DNA of 64,000 nucleotides from Octopus sinensis (Eukaryota), in NCBI RefSeq assembly GCF_006345805.1, contig NC_043011.1:49364464-49428463 (forward strand), written 5' to 3'. The translations under genes and the position numbers were made by a program. The notes under the pieces were generated by a model. That model did not search any database, was not told where the DNA came from, and worked only from the letters and a program-made list of their open reading frames with translations. This document shows, one piece after another, positions 54,020 through 64,000 of the stretch (position 1 is the first letter of the stretch; the number at the start of each line of letters is the position of its first letter).

Positions 54020-54312
54020 GGAGGCGAAATGGTCCAGTGGTTAGGGCAGCGGCCTCGTGGTCGGAAGTTCGCAGTTTTGATTCCCAGACCGGGGGTTGTG
54101 TGTATTTATTGAGCGAAAACACCTAAAGATCCACGAACTCCGGCAGGGGGAGGGTGACCCTTGTTGTACTCTTTCACCCTAGCTTTCTCTCTCACTTCTC
54201 TCTTCCTGTTTCTTGAGTAACGCTGCGATGGACTGGCGTCCCGTCCAGCTGGGGGAACATATACGTCACAGAAACCGGGAAGCCGGGCACATGAGCCTGC
54301 TAGGCTTGAAAA
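54020..54312 (+). mobile_element. SINE family B, tail type 1
   Basis: Matches 5412-5705. Confidence 0.9.
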
Positions 54313-54327
54313 TAAAAACATGTATAT

Positions 54328-54386
<59 letters not shown>

Positions 54387-54387
54387 C

Positions 54388-54418
<31 letters not shown>

Positions 54419-54447
54419 ATATATATATACATAAACATATATATTTA

Positions 54448-54492
<45 letters not shown>

Positions 54493-54982
54493 CAACATCT
54501 TGTTAATATGAATGATATACAATTATACAATGAGGAAAAAACACAGAATTAGTATAACAACAGCAAAGCGGCAAAGGTACACAGTAAAACGTTAATGAAC
54601 TGCAGTGGAAACAAAATATTTTCATTGAATAAATTAATACGCAATTAAACGCCAATTACTTTAATAATTACACATTTAATTGGCAACCAATTATTATTGT
54701 TACTTTGTGAGTGGAGAAGGAAGTTATCTCCTGCAGCGAATTTGCCAAAAGATGGGCGGCTGTTGCAAGCACGGTTCGAATGAATACAATTATTTTAAGC
54801 ATTCCGCTGTAGATTGCAGAACAACAAATGGTTCGGTTACTTGTGCTTTTGGTAGCCAAGGTGAATTTGGACTTGTGGTTGGTTGGCCCTCAGTCGGAAT
54901 CACCAAGCAGTTTTTACTACAGTTATAATCGTTCCCTTTTTTGATCATCTTACGTGAAATGCCATAGATCATCTATGTAAAG

Positions 54983-55320
54983 GGGTGGTTCTCCCCGGGG
55001 TCCCTGTGACTAATGAGGTTCCATATAAGATGTTTGGGGTTTCATGCAATCAATAGAGCAAACTGGGAATCTATAGTAGTATTTTAAGAGCCCATGAAAA
55101 ATTTTTACTTCAGATGTATTAATTGCATAAAACAGCTACATTTCTTTCTCTAACATTTTACATAGTTTAACCTACACAAATTAATGTGCGAAAAACAAAA
55201 TAGGAATTTTGAAAGAAATTTCTATAAAACTAGTTTATATTCATCGAATTCTATAGGATCCTACCGCAATAAAATAGCAATCAAAGAGGTTTACAGATAG
55301 AAAATGGTTGAGAACCACTG
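54983..55320. mobile_element. hAT-type MITE
   Basis: TIRs (GGG)TGGTTCTC / GAGAACCACTG; 8-bp TSD ATGTAAAG / ATATAAAG. Confidence 0.8.
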
Positions 55321-55399
55321 ATATAAAGGAAGTGGTTGATTTGTCTATCGTACACTCGGTACCCATGTCCTGTGCCATTCAGCAGCTTACTTAAAGGAA

Positions 55400-56425
55400 T
55401 GACAAGTCGCGTCTGGTCAGGTGATCACACCGAATCATTCCATCCCACAGGATTTTGCAGTTTTCATTCTCGGTGACTCCTTCTGGAGTTTGTTCATACC
55501 ACGTCTTTAATCTTTGCAGGCCGTGATTTCCACAGAACTCCCAATATATATATATTAGGGTTAGGGTTAGGGTTAGGTTTAGGGGTTGGGGAAGGGTATC
55601 TTTTTTTCTTCACAAATGTAAATAAACCCAATCTGTTTCTTATAGGAGGGACATATTCATTATGCACAGAATGTTATTTACCTAAATGGAGGCCAGCGAT
55701 TGGTTAAAATTGCCGAAATGCTCGAAATTAAAGACGAAATATCTTGCAACCTATAGAATTTTCTCAATAAAGCCAAGAGAAAATGATGTTTTATAGACAC
55801 ATCCTACCAGTATACGAAGTTTAAAACTTTTTAGTTACCTAGAAACTATGTTACAAAGTGCCGTTCAAAAGGAAAAGATCCCCATATTATCATGTCGTCT
55901 TTTGTATTCGCATTGTGCCAATTTCGGGCATTCGCTAACGATGTGTCATACCATTTCAACCTTCTCACCACACATTCTGCGTTTGTCGCTGTCGGTAGCG
56001 TAGTCGATTCTGCACTTGACATAGTTAGTTCTTAAGCTCGTTCTTGTGCTTCGCATATAAGCGCTTCTGTCTTTATTTTCAGGCCACTTCTCTTCTGTAT
56101 CTGGCTTGGCGTTCGTATCTCTCGCAAACTGACCGTACATTTTCTCTTCTTCCATGTTGTTCCCTTTTTGTGTTCGTTTCCTCTTCAATTTTTTTTATTT
56201 CTGTAAACAATTATCGGTTTTAACGACACCAAACTTCTTCGCATGTTTCAAGAATGGCTCCACGGTATTATCTACATACCACACTAAGCTGTTTCCTCTT
56301 TCGATACAATCCTGCCAACTGATCAAACCTTTCCCACCATTTCTTCTGAACAAGTACAGCCTATCAGTGTCACCCTTAGGGTGGAAGGATCCGTGCACAG
56401 TCAATATTTTTCTTGTTTTTAAGAC
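55400..56425 (-). mobile_element. R4/Dong LINE fragment (post-RT region, zinc knuckle, REL start), split by an insertion
   Basis: FHPKGDTDRLYLFRRNGGKGL, LRTNYVK, RMCGEK..HIVSECPKLAQCEYKRRHDN | YWEFC..WYEQTPEGVTEN..ILWD. Confidence 0.88.
55553..55885. mobile_element. Helentron/HINE-like non-autonomous element with TTAGGG repeats
   Basis: (TTAGGG)3 plus variants at 55555-55585; subterminal inverted repeat GGGTATCTTTT (55594) / AAAAGATCCC (55873); inserted in an AT run inside the Dong fragment. Confidence 0.6.
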
Positions 56426-56611
56426 GACGAGTTGGCAGAAATGTTACCACGCCGAGCGAAATGCTTAGCGGTATTTCGTCTGTATTTGCGATCTGAGTTC
56501 AAATTCCGCCGAGGTCGACATTGCCTTCACCCTTTCGGGGTCGATAAATTAAGTATCAGTTACGCACTTGTCTGGTACAGCATCAGGGCACTATTATTAT
56601 TATTATTATTG

Positions 56612-56669
<58 letters not shown>

Positions 56670-56674
56670 CATTA

Positions 56675-56706
<32 letters not shown>

Positions 56707-57015
56707 TATTATTATTATTATTATTATCATCATCATTATTATTATTATTATATATACTATTATTATTATTATATTATTATTATTATTATTATTATTAAAG
56801 GCGGTGGGTTAGCAGAATTGTTAGAACTCCGGGTAAAATTCTTAGCATTATTCAGTCCTTTTTCGTTCTGAGTTCAAATTAAACTGAGGTCGACTTTGCC
56901 TTTTATCGCTTCGGAGTCTATAAAATAAGTACCAGGTGAACACTGGGGTCGATGTAATCGACTTAACTCCTCCCCCCCCCCGAAATTGCTGGATCATGCC
57001 AAATTAGAAACCATA
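56425..57015 (+). mobile_element. Two SINE family C copies flanking an (ATT)n array; the first is fused to a family D end
   Basis: Head and CORE matches; GTCTGGTACAGCATCAGGGCA at about 56570-56590 equals the family D terminus. Confidence 0.8.
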
Positions 57016-57214
57016 ATTATTGGACAAGGCTGAGAATGCTGAACTATATTTACATGTTACTCCAATAGTATTTTATGAAACATGTTTAATTTTATTTCGG
57101 TAGGTAATTTGCCAGTTCCGTTTCCATGGTTGATTTGTGTGAAATCGTCTGTCAAAACATATACTGTTGCATTTTAGGAGTGCCATACAGCCAATTAAAT
57201 TCCGAAACACGTAC

Positions 57215-57289
57215 CCGGGGCAAAGAGCAAGAAATAAGGTGTGACTATTCTCACGAAGAAGATGAATGAGGAGTACTTCTTCAATGATA
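57215..57289 (-). other. Candidate 75-nt internal exon
   Basis: Acceptor TTTGCTTCTCCGTTCCTACAG|, donor CGG|GTACGT; open in two frames; no homology recognised. Confidence 0.3.
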
Positions 57290-58129
57290 CTGTAGGAACG
57301 GAGAAGCAAATTGACATTTCGCTATAAAGAAAAAACCTTTCGCAATATATTAATCAAGTAGTTATTTAATTAACAAATTATCTCATTCAATATTTGGGTA
57401 CCTGAAGTGTAATGCAATTAGTGTTTATGAATTAATTTGCTACACGACTCTCTTAAATATAGCAATAATTTGTCAAAGTTTTTGCACAAATGTTTGTTGT
57501 CTTTAGTGCCATATAGCAAACGGAATCCCTTTTTTCGATTCAATTCAAAGCAAGTCCCGAACAATTCATTAGCTTTCTAGATGGATTTTGTGCGTCATTG
57601 TAGTTATTTAGTAATGCTGTGTCGATAATTAGATACACTGCTGGCATTTTTGTCATGGAAAACTGATTTCAGTCATACTATGAGCTTTGTGGTCTGTAGG
57701 TACGGTAAGACTTGGGCGAGAGAAAGAGGTAGGATTTGTGAATTCACTGTATTAAGTTACATAATCCGAGTATCCCAAGGTATTTAGGCTGCATCTCTTT
57801 TGATTCAGCCATCAATTTCAGTCATATAAAATACAGATATCAATTGCAGTCATAATCACGTGAGCACATATTTTTCCTCAACGTGGTTGGAAGTTGAAAT
57901 CGCTAAAGCGCACAAAATATGCCCGATAATTATTTTCTCACCATCGATAGAATATATTAAATCTAACTGAGCCCTTGAACTCCAGCATCTGGAATATTGT
58001 CTCATCTTTCTGCTTTTCCAATCACTACTACATAGTCTCTGCTCCTCAGAGTTGGCTGGATTTTTGTACCCTCAACTCAGGCTCACCCAACTCACGCGTT
58101 TCTCCTCCCCTATCAATCGCAATCTGGCT

Positions 58130-58725
58130 ACAATGACTGACACTAGGATTGACTTTGTGGTTGACACTTGGATAGACATTGTGATTAACATTATAGCTTA
58201 ACACAGTAGTTGACATTATACTTGACACTATAGTTGACATTATGCTTGGCACTTTAGTTGACGTTATGCTTGGCACTGTAGTTGACATTATGCTTGACAC
58301 TGTAATTGACACTGTAGCTGACACTATGTTTGACACTGTAGTTGACATTATGCTTGAAACAGAAGTTGACATTACGCTTGGCAATGTAGTTGACATGACG
58401 ATTGAATCTATGGTGGGCAAAATGACTGGCATTATGGTTGTCACTATGACTGGATTTATGGATGACATCACGGTTGACATGTTTGATATTGATTGACATT
58501 TTGGTTGTCATCATCGTTGACAATAGGGTTGACATTTTGGTTGATATTGTGGCTAACATTGGTTCAGATGAAGGTTGTGGTTGACGCTATGGCTGAATTC
58601 ATAACAGACACTATGGTTGACACTACAGTTGACATAATCATTGACATCATGATTGTCACTATCGTTGACATCATGGCTGATAATATGGTTGACAATACAG
58701 TTTACATCATGGTTCCTGCTACTGT
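58130..58725. repeat. Degenerate 12-bp minisatellite (consensus about GTTGACAYTATR)
   Basis: GTTGAC recurs every 12 nt, with several phase slips. Confidence 0.88.
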
Positions 58726-58733
58726 CGACTTAC

Positions 58734-58831
58734 ACCTATTCAAACAGAAAGTCAACGGAGTCAACAACACGGATCTCTGTGTGTTTTCTAATACCATGGA
58801 CACGGCTAACCCCTTCTTTCAGAACAAATCA
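58734..58831 (-). other. Candidate 98-nt exon containing an ATG at 58797
   Basis: Acceptor GGTCTCCCTCTGTTTTAG|, donor GGT|GTAAGT; phase 1 end is compatible with 57215-57289. Confidence 0.27.
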
Positions 58832-59767
58832 CTAAAACAGAGGGAGACCACAAAATACAGGGGGGTGGAATTTTTTCTTCACTCTCCCAACAGACATTAT
58901 ATAATGAGTTTATAAATATAGATAAGGCCATGCATTTTGTGGGGAGGGAACAGATTAATTGAACCTCATCCAGGTTTTGACTGATACTACGTCTGCTTTA
59001 GTCAGACTGCAAAGTTAGCGCCCATCTCATTATCCAGGGACTCCAACTCTGACGGGAGAAAAGTAGGAAACTATTTCTTACCAGGTTACAGGGCTCGAAC
59101 CCTTGCAACAGTGAGGATTGATGTAAAACCTCCCAAGTAGCAGATGGACGTGAAAATTTTTTACGATCGTTTATTAAAATGAACTCCTAAAAATTAAGTG
59201 GACGTAGGTGTAATTTGAAACCAGGACTTGAAGTTATGTAACATGAAAGTATTATACACGACGCTCTACCAGTTCCACCATTCACTTCACCACTCTATAT
59301 CTACGATACAAATAAAATAATCGATAACCAGGTAACAATAACGTATTTTATTGTTTTCAGTTTATTTTCCCCGCCTTCTCACGTGAGATAAATTATAAAA
59401 AGAGACATTGTGATGACGTCATATCGATTTCACATTTCTGATCACATTGTGGTTTGGTGAAAGAAAAAAAAAACATCATTTTTTTCTTTCTTTTTTTTGT
59501 TTGTTTTTGCTATCAGAACTAAATATGATAAAGATAGAAACAATGAAACCTCTCTCCTCACCCACCTCTTTTCTTCTCTCTTTCTCTCTGTCTCTTTGTC
59601 TCTCTCTCTCTCTCTCTCTCTCTTTCGCTCTCACTATCCCACTCTCTCTCTCTTATATATAGTAAATCAGTTGAGAACTGGAAGGTAAAAAACAATAAGA
59701 AGAAGAATATTAACAACAACAGCAATAATAATACTAATACTATTACTACTACTACTACTACTACTAC

Positions 59768-59799
<32 letters not shown>

Positions 59800-59860
59800 T
59801 AATAATAATAATAATAATATTAACAACAACAGCAATACTACTACTACTACTACTATTAAA

Positions 59861-59924
<64 letters not shown>

Positions 59925-60612
59925 GTCGCTTCAACAATAACAACAGCAACAGTGATAAGAATAATAGCAGCAACAGTGATAGCAATTACTATAACGCCAC
60001 CGATAACAATAAAAACAATAACAACAATGATCATAACAACAATAACAACAACAATGATAGTAATAATAATAATAACAATAATAATAATAATATAAATAAT
60101 GGAGTCTTTATTTTAGTCACAGTGGCTCAGAACACGAAATACAAAGCGTTTTATAGAAAAAGGATCGCGAATTATGTTGGGGGTTACACGTGCTTGACAA
60201 AATAAACAAGCAAAATACATATATCAGATTTAAAATATATAGCTATATAAGGGAAAAAACAGAAATACTAACAGGAGCATCCACAATGGGAAAGGAAATA
60301 AGCATTTAGTGCAGGTCAGCGCAACACATGACTCACAAATCCGTTTAGGGACCCGAACGAACTCCCTAGAGCACAATTCAAAGCATGATTCAATCGTGTC
60401 GTACATAACAATTTCGCTATTTGCTCCCCAATCTCATTAAGTTTCCTTGAGCAGTGTGGTAGGAAGTTTGTTTCCCAACTACATGGTTCTCGGTTCAGTC
60501 CCATTGTGTGACAAGAAGTCTAAATTTCAGCCATATTTTGATAAATCCAATAACGGAAGAAAGCGCTAAAATTGTAAATAGATGTAAATCAATAATATAT
60601 ATATATATAATA

Positions 60613-60651
<39 letters not shown>

Positions 60652-60701
60652 CCAACATTCTGACTACCTAGTTATTCTAAATATAAATATATATGTTATA
60701 T

Positions 60702-60754
<53 letters not shown>

Positions 60755-60946
60755 GATATGCAGATAGATTAAAGTAACAAATAAAAAGCCAAACAATTTG
60801 TATAATTAAAAGAACGTTAAATGTAGGTAGAGAATATAATGTGAATCTATATATACATACACACACCGACGCACAAGCACTACACATGTGAGTATATATA
60901 TATAATATATATATATATATATTATATAATATATATATACTCGCAT

Positions 60947-61585
60947 ATATAAGAAAAGGAATCTGAAAATTTCTTTTTAAAGTATTTATTAACTTGACTG
61001 GTTTCATTTATTTAAAACTATATTTAATAGTAGAGTGGAGTTTTGAGTATCCTTTCTGGTGTCAAGAATTAGTTTACAAAAATATATTCAAACCAAGTGA
61101 TAGACTCTTTGTCAATGATAAGAAAAAGGTGTAAGTCTTTGTGTATCCTCCGTGATGGGTTAAGAAATAGTTTACATAAAAATATTCAGATCAGGTAATA
61201 AATGTTTTTTTTTATATATAATGATAAGAAGAAAAATTAGTTTATATGAATAAATCCCGATCAAGCAATGAAGTCTTTGACAAGAAGATAAATTTAAATG
61301 GTCGGCTGTTACATATTTTATCATCTTGTCAAAGACTCTATTATTTCATCGGGATATATTTATGTAAATTAATTTTCGTCTTATAAAATATTTTATTACC
61401 TAATCTGAATGTTGTGAGGTAAACTAATTTTTCACTCATCACAGAGGACATACAAAGCCTCAAATTGTTTCTTATCATTGTCAAAGACTCTATCACTTGA
61501 TCTGAATCTTTTTAAATAACTGAAACCGTTAAATAAATAGATACTTTTAAAAGACTCCTACATTTTCAGATTATTTTCCTTATAT
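60947..61585. mobile_element. Foldback/MITE-like element with ~300-bp degenerate inverted arms
   Basis: Several mirrored blocks, e.g. TGATAGACTCTTTGTCAATGATAAGAAA vs TTTCTTATCATTGTCAAAGACTCTATCA; centre about 61305. Confidence 0.8.
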
Positions 61586-61624
61586 TTTTACTTGTGTTTA
61601 CACCCAACTCTACTTTTATATATA

Positions 61625-61699
<75 letters not shown>

Positions 61700-61724
61700 T
61701 ATGTATGCTTATATATATATAGGT

Positions 61725-61904
61725 GCTGGAGTGGCTTATAAGCGCAAGAGTGTCTGTGTGGTAAGTAGCTTGGTTACCAGCAACATGGTTTCGGGCTTAG
61801 TCCCAACGCGTGGCACCTTGGACAAGTGTCTTCTGCTATACCCTCGGGTCGACCAAAGCCATGTGAGTGAATTTGGTAGACGGAAACTGAAAAGAAACCC
61901 GTCG

Positions 61905-61938
<34 letters not shown>

Positions 61939-62185
61939 TTTGTGTATGTATGTATGTATATATTTGTTTGTCTGTATTTGTGTCCCCCCCCACTATGACA
62001 TGACAACCGATGCTGGTGTGTTTATGTCCCTCGTAACACGGCGGTTGGGCAAAAGAGACCGATAGAATAAGTACTAAGCTTCCAGAGAATAAGTTCTGGG
62101 GTCAATTTGTCAGACTAAAGGTGGTGGTCCAGCATGGTTGCAGTCAAATGATTGAAGCAAATAAAAGAGTACAAGAGTAAAAAGA
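61725..62185 (+). mobile_element. SINE family A, diverged full-length copy
   Basis: Head TGTGTGGTAAGTAGCTTG, internal TA tract, tail GGTGGTCCAGCATGGTTGCAGTCAAATGATTGAAGC. Confidence 0.88.
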
Positions 62186-62267
62186 GTATATACAAGGAAA
62201 GAGAAAAGCTTAGATAGACAGGTAGAGAGAGAGTGACAGACAGACAGATAGATAGGTAGATAGATAA

Positions 62268-62312
<45 letters not shown>

Positions 62313-62756
62313 GTGAGAGAGAGAGAGAGAGAAAGATGAACAGACAGACACACACACATACATACATACATACATACATACATACACATGTAAATGTGTT
62401 ATAAAAGTATCATATCATTGGTCGAAATGGTGTTTCGACGATATTCCATATTAGATTAAGGAAATGACTTTTGTACAAGCAATCTTTTAATAACGACCAA
62501 CCTGTCCGAAATAACTTTTTATGGTATATTTAATGTCTTTTTCTAATGTTTTTTTTTTTTTTTGCAGCTGACAGGTGGAAGTTTATTCAAGTAGTATCAT
62601 TAAAAGAAAGGGAAGAGATGTTAGCTAAAATGTTTCGAAAGCACTAGTGTATACAGTATCTGAAGAAGGTTCCAAATAAAGCTGAAAGTCGGCCAAGATC
62701 TTCAATCTTTTTATTGCTCAAAGCGAAAACGAAATACGTAAAATATACGTGTTGAA

Positions 62757-63207
62757 AGGCGGCGAGCTGGCAGACACGTTAGCACGCCGGGCGAAATGCG
62801 TAGCCGTATTTCGTCTGCCGTTGCGTTCTGAGTTCAAAACCCACCGAGGTCGACTTTGCCTTTCATCATTTCGAGGTCGATAAATTAAGTACCAGTTACG
62901 CACTAGGGTCGAGGTAATCGACTTAATCCGTTTGTCTGTCCTTGTTTGTCCTCTGTGTTTAGCCCCTTGTGATTAGTAAAGAATTAGGTATTTCGTCTGC
63001 CGTTACGTTCTGAGTTCAAATTCCGCCGAGGTCGATTTTGCCTTTCATCATTTCGATGTCGATAAATTAAGTACCAGTTACGCACTGGGGTCGACGTAAT
63101 CGACTTAATCCGTTTGTCTGTCCTTGTTTGTCCTCTCTGCGTTTAGCCCCTTGTGGGTAGTAAAGAAATACGTATTTCGTCTGCCGTTACGTTCTGAGTC
63201 CAAATTC
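62757..63207 (+). mobile_element. SINE family C tandem multimer (one full copy plus two head-truncated repeats)
   Basis: GTATTTCGTCTGCCGTT restarts at about 62988 and 63172. Confidence 0.9.
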
Positions 63208-63629
63208 CGGAATTGGACGTGCAAAAGAGGTTGTGTGGATGTCGTGGGTGAAAGATTTGTGTACGGACAACTTTCACTTGAAAAGAAAACTGTAACGGGG
63301 GAGGGAGGAGCTGCCCTCCTGCAAACATGGGAAAACATAGTTAAAAGTTTCAGGAATGGTTAGAATGAATGGTTTTAACTTGGGGAAGATCTTATAGGCT
63401 TTTGCCCCAGTGATCAGGTTGTCTCGTGGTTTGTGGAATTTCCACAACCAATCCAGAATAACACCCCTTTTGGGAACCACCGTTATTTTATATGTTTACA
63501 CCTGCAATATTTAACCTTTTGCCATTGTTAAAACTGTATACATACTTTTATGTATGACCCCACACGTATGTCCTGTATCACCCCTCTATGTTGGCTAATA
63601 AAGAAAAGAATTTCGTACGGAACAACCAC

Positions 63630-64000
63630 ACAGATGACTTGTTTATAGTGATCAAATGTTTGTCTTCACATAAGCTCACACCTTCCATCAAATCGACATT
63701 ACCAGTACAGATGCACCGTGTGCTGTATGTCAGATGACGAAATGATCGCAGAGCAACCTGAAAAGAATTGCTTTGCTCAAGAACACAACGCAACGCCCGG
63801 TCTAGGAATCGAACCCACGATTTCCGGAATCATGAGTGCAACACCCTAACCACTAATCCATGCGACTCTACACACACACTCACAAACACGCAAACATATA
63901 TATATATGTAGAGGCGTGTGGCTTAGTGTTTAGGGTGTCCGCGTCATATTCGTAAGATTGCGGTTTCGATTCCTGCACCTGGCGACGCGTTGTGTTCTTG
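63630..64000. mobile_element. Two family E SINEs head-to-head (minus 63630-63869; plus 63910-end)
   Basis: Mirrored A and B boxes and CGTTGTGTTCTTG segment. Confidence 0.8.

Noticed and set aside
55555-55585. TTAGGG repeats as a telomere or chromosome-fusion scar
   Set aside because: Only about four units, and they form part of an interspersed element inside a LINE.
58130-58725. CRISPR-like array or intact repeat-protein CDS
   Set aside because: No unique spacers, eukaryotic context, and all frames are broken by phase slips.
62620-62680. CTGAAGA..GAAAG hammerhead-like string
   Set aside because: Stems I and III cannot be formed.

Overview
AT-rich, repeat-saturated animal genomic DNA, inferred to be an octopus (coleoid cephalopod) from its tRNA-derived and CORE-type SINE families and its very high load of (TA)n, (CA)n, (GATA)n and (ATT)n microsatellites. 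I could not recognise any host protein-coding gene. Most ORFs in the supplied track are microsatellite artefacts, and the rest are decayed transposon fragments. The window is probably a large intron or intergenic region; a few low-confidence exon candidates are listed. Mobile elements seen: R4/Dong-type REL LINE fragments, a CR1/L2-group LINE, RTE and L2 3' ends, a Helitron RepHel/PIF1 remnant, non-autonomous Helitron/Helentron-like elements, two Tc1/mariner remnants, hAT MITEs, a foldback element, several SINE families (working names A, B, C, E), a TAA-targeted ~545-bp element (working name D), and Penelope-like element (PLE) pieces. The most notable signals are (1) a cluster of PLE-type hammerhead ribozyme motifs, one with a fully intact core at 29602-29700; (2) an ATG-less but uninterrupted GIY-YIG frame missed by the ORF track; (3) a ~600-bp near-perfect palindrome; and (4) a composite element with a tRNA-like head, a hammerhead-like core and an inverted terminus, which could be a Penelope-dependent SINE. 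There is a 100-N assembly gap at 50485-50584. All family names A-E are my labels, not database assignments.
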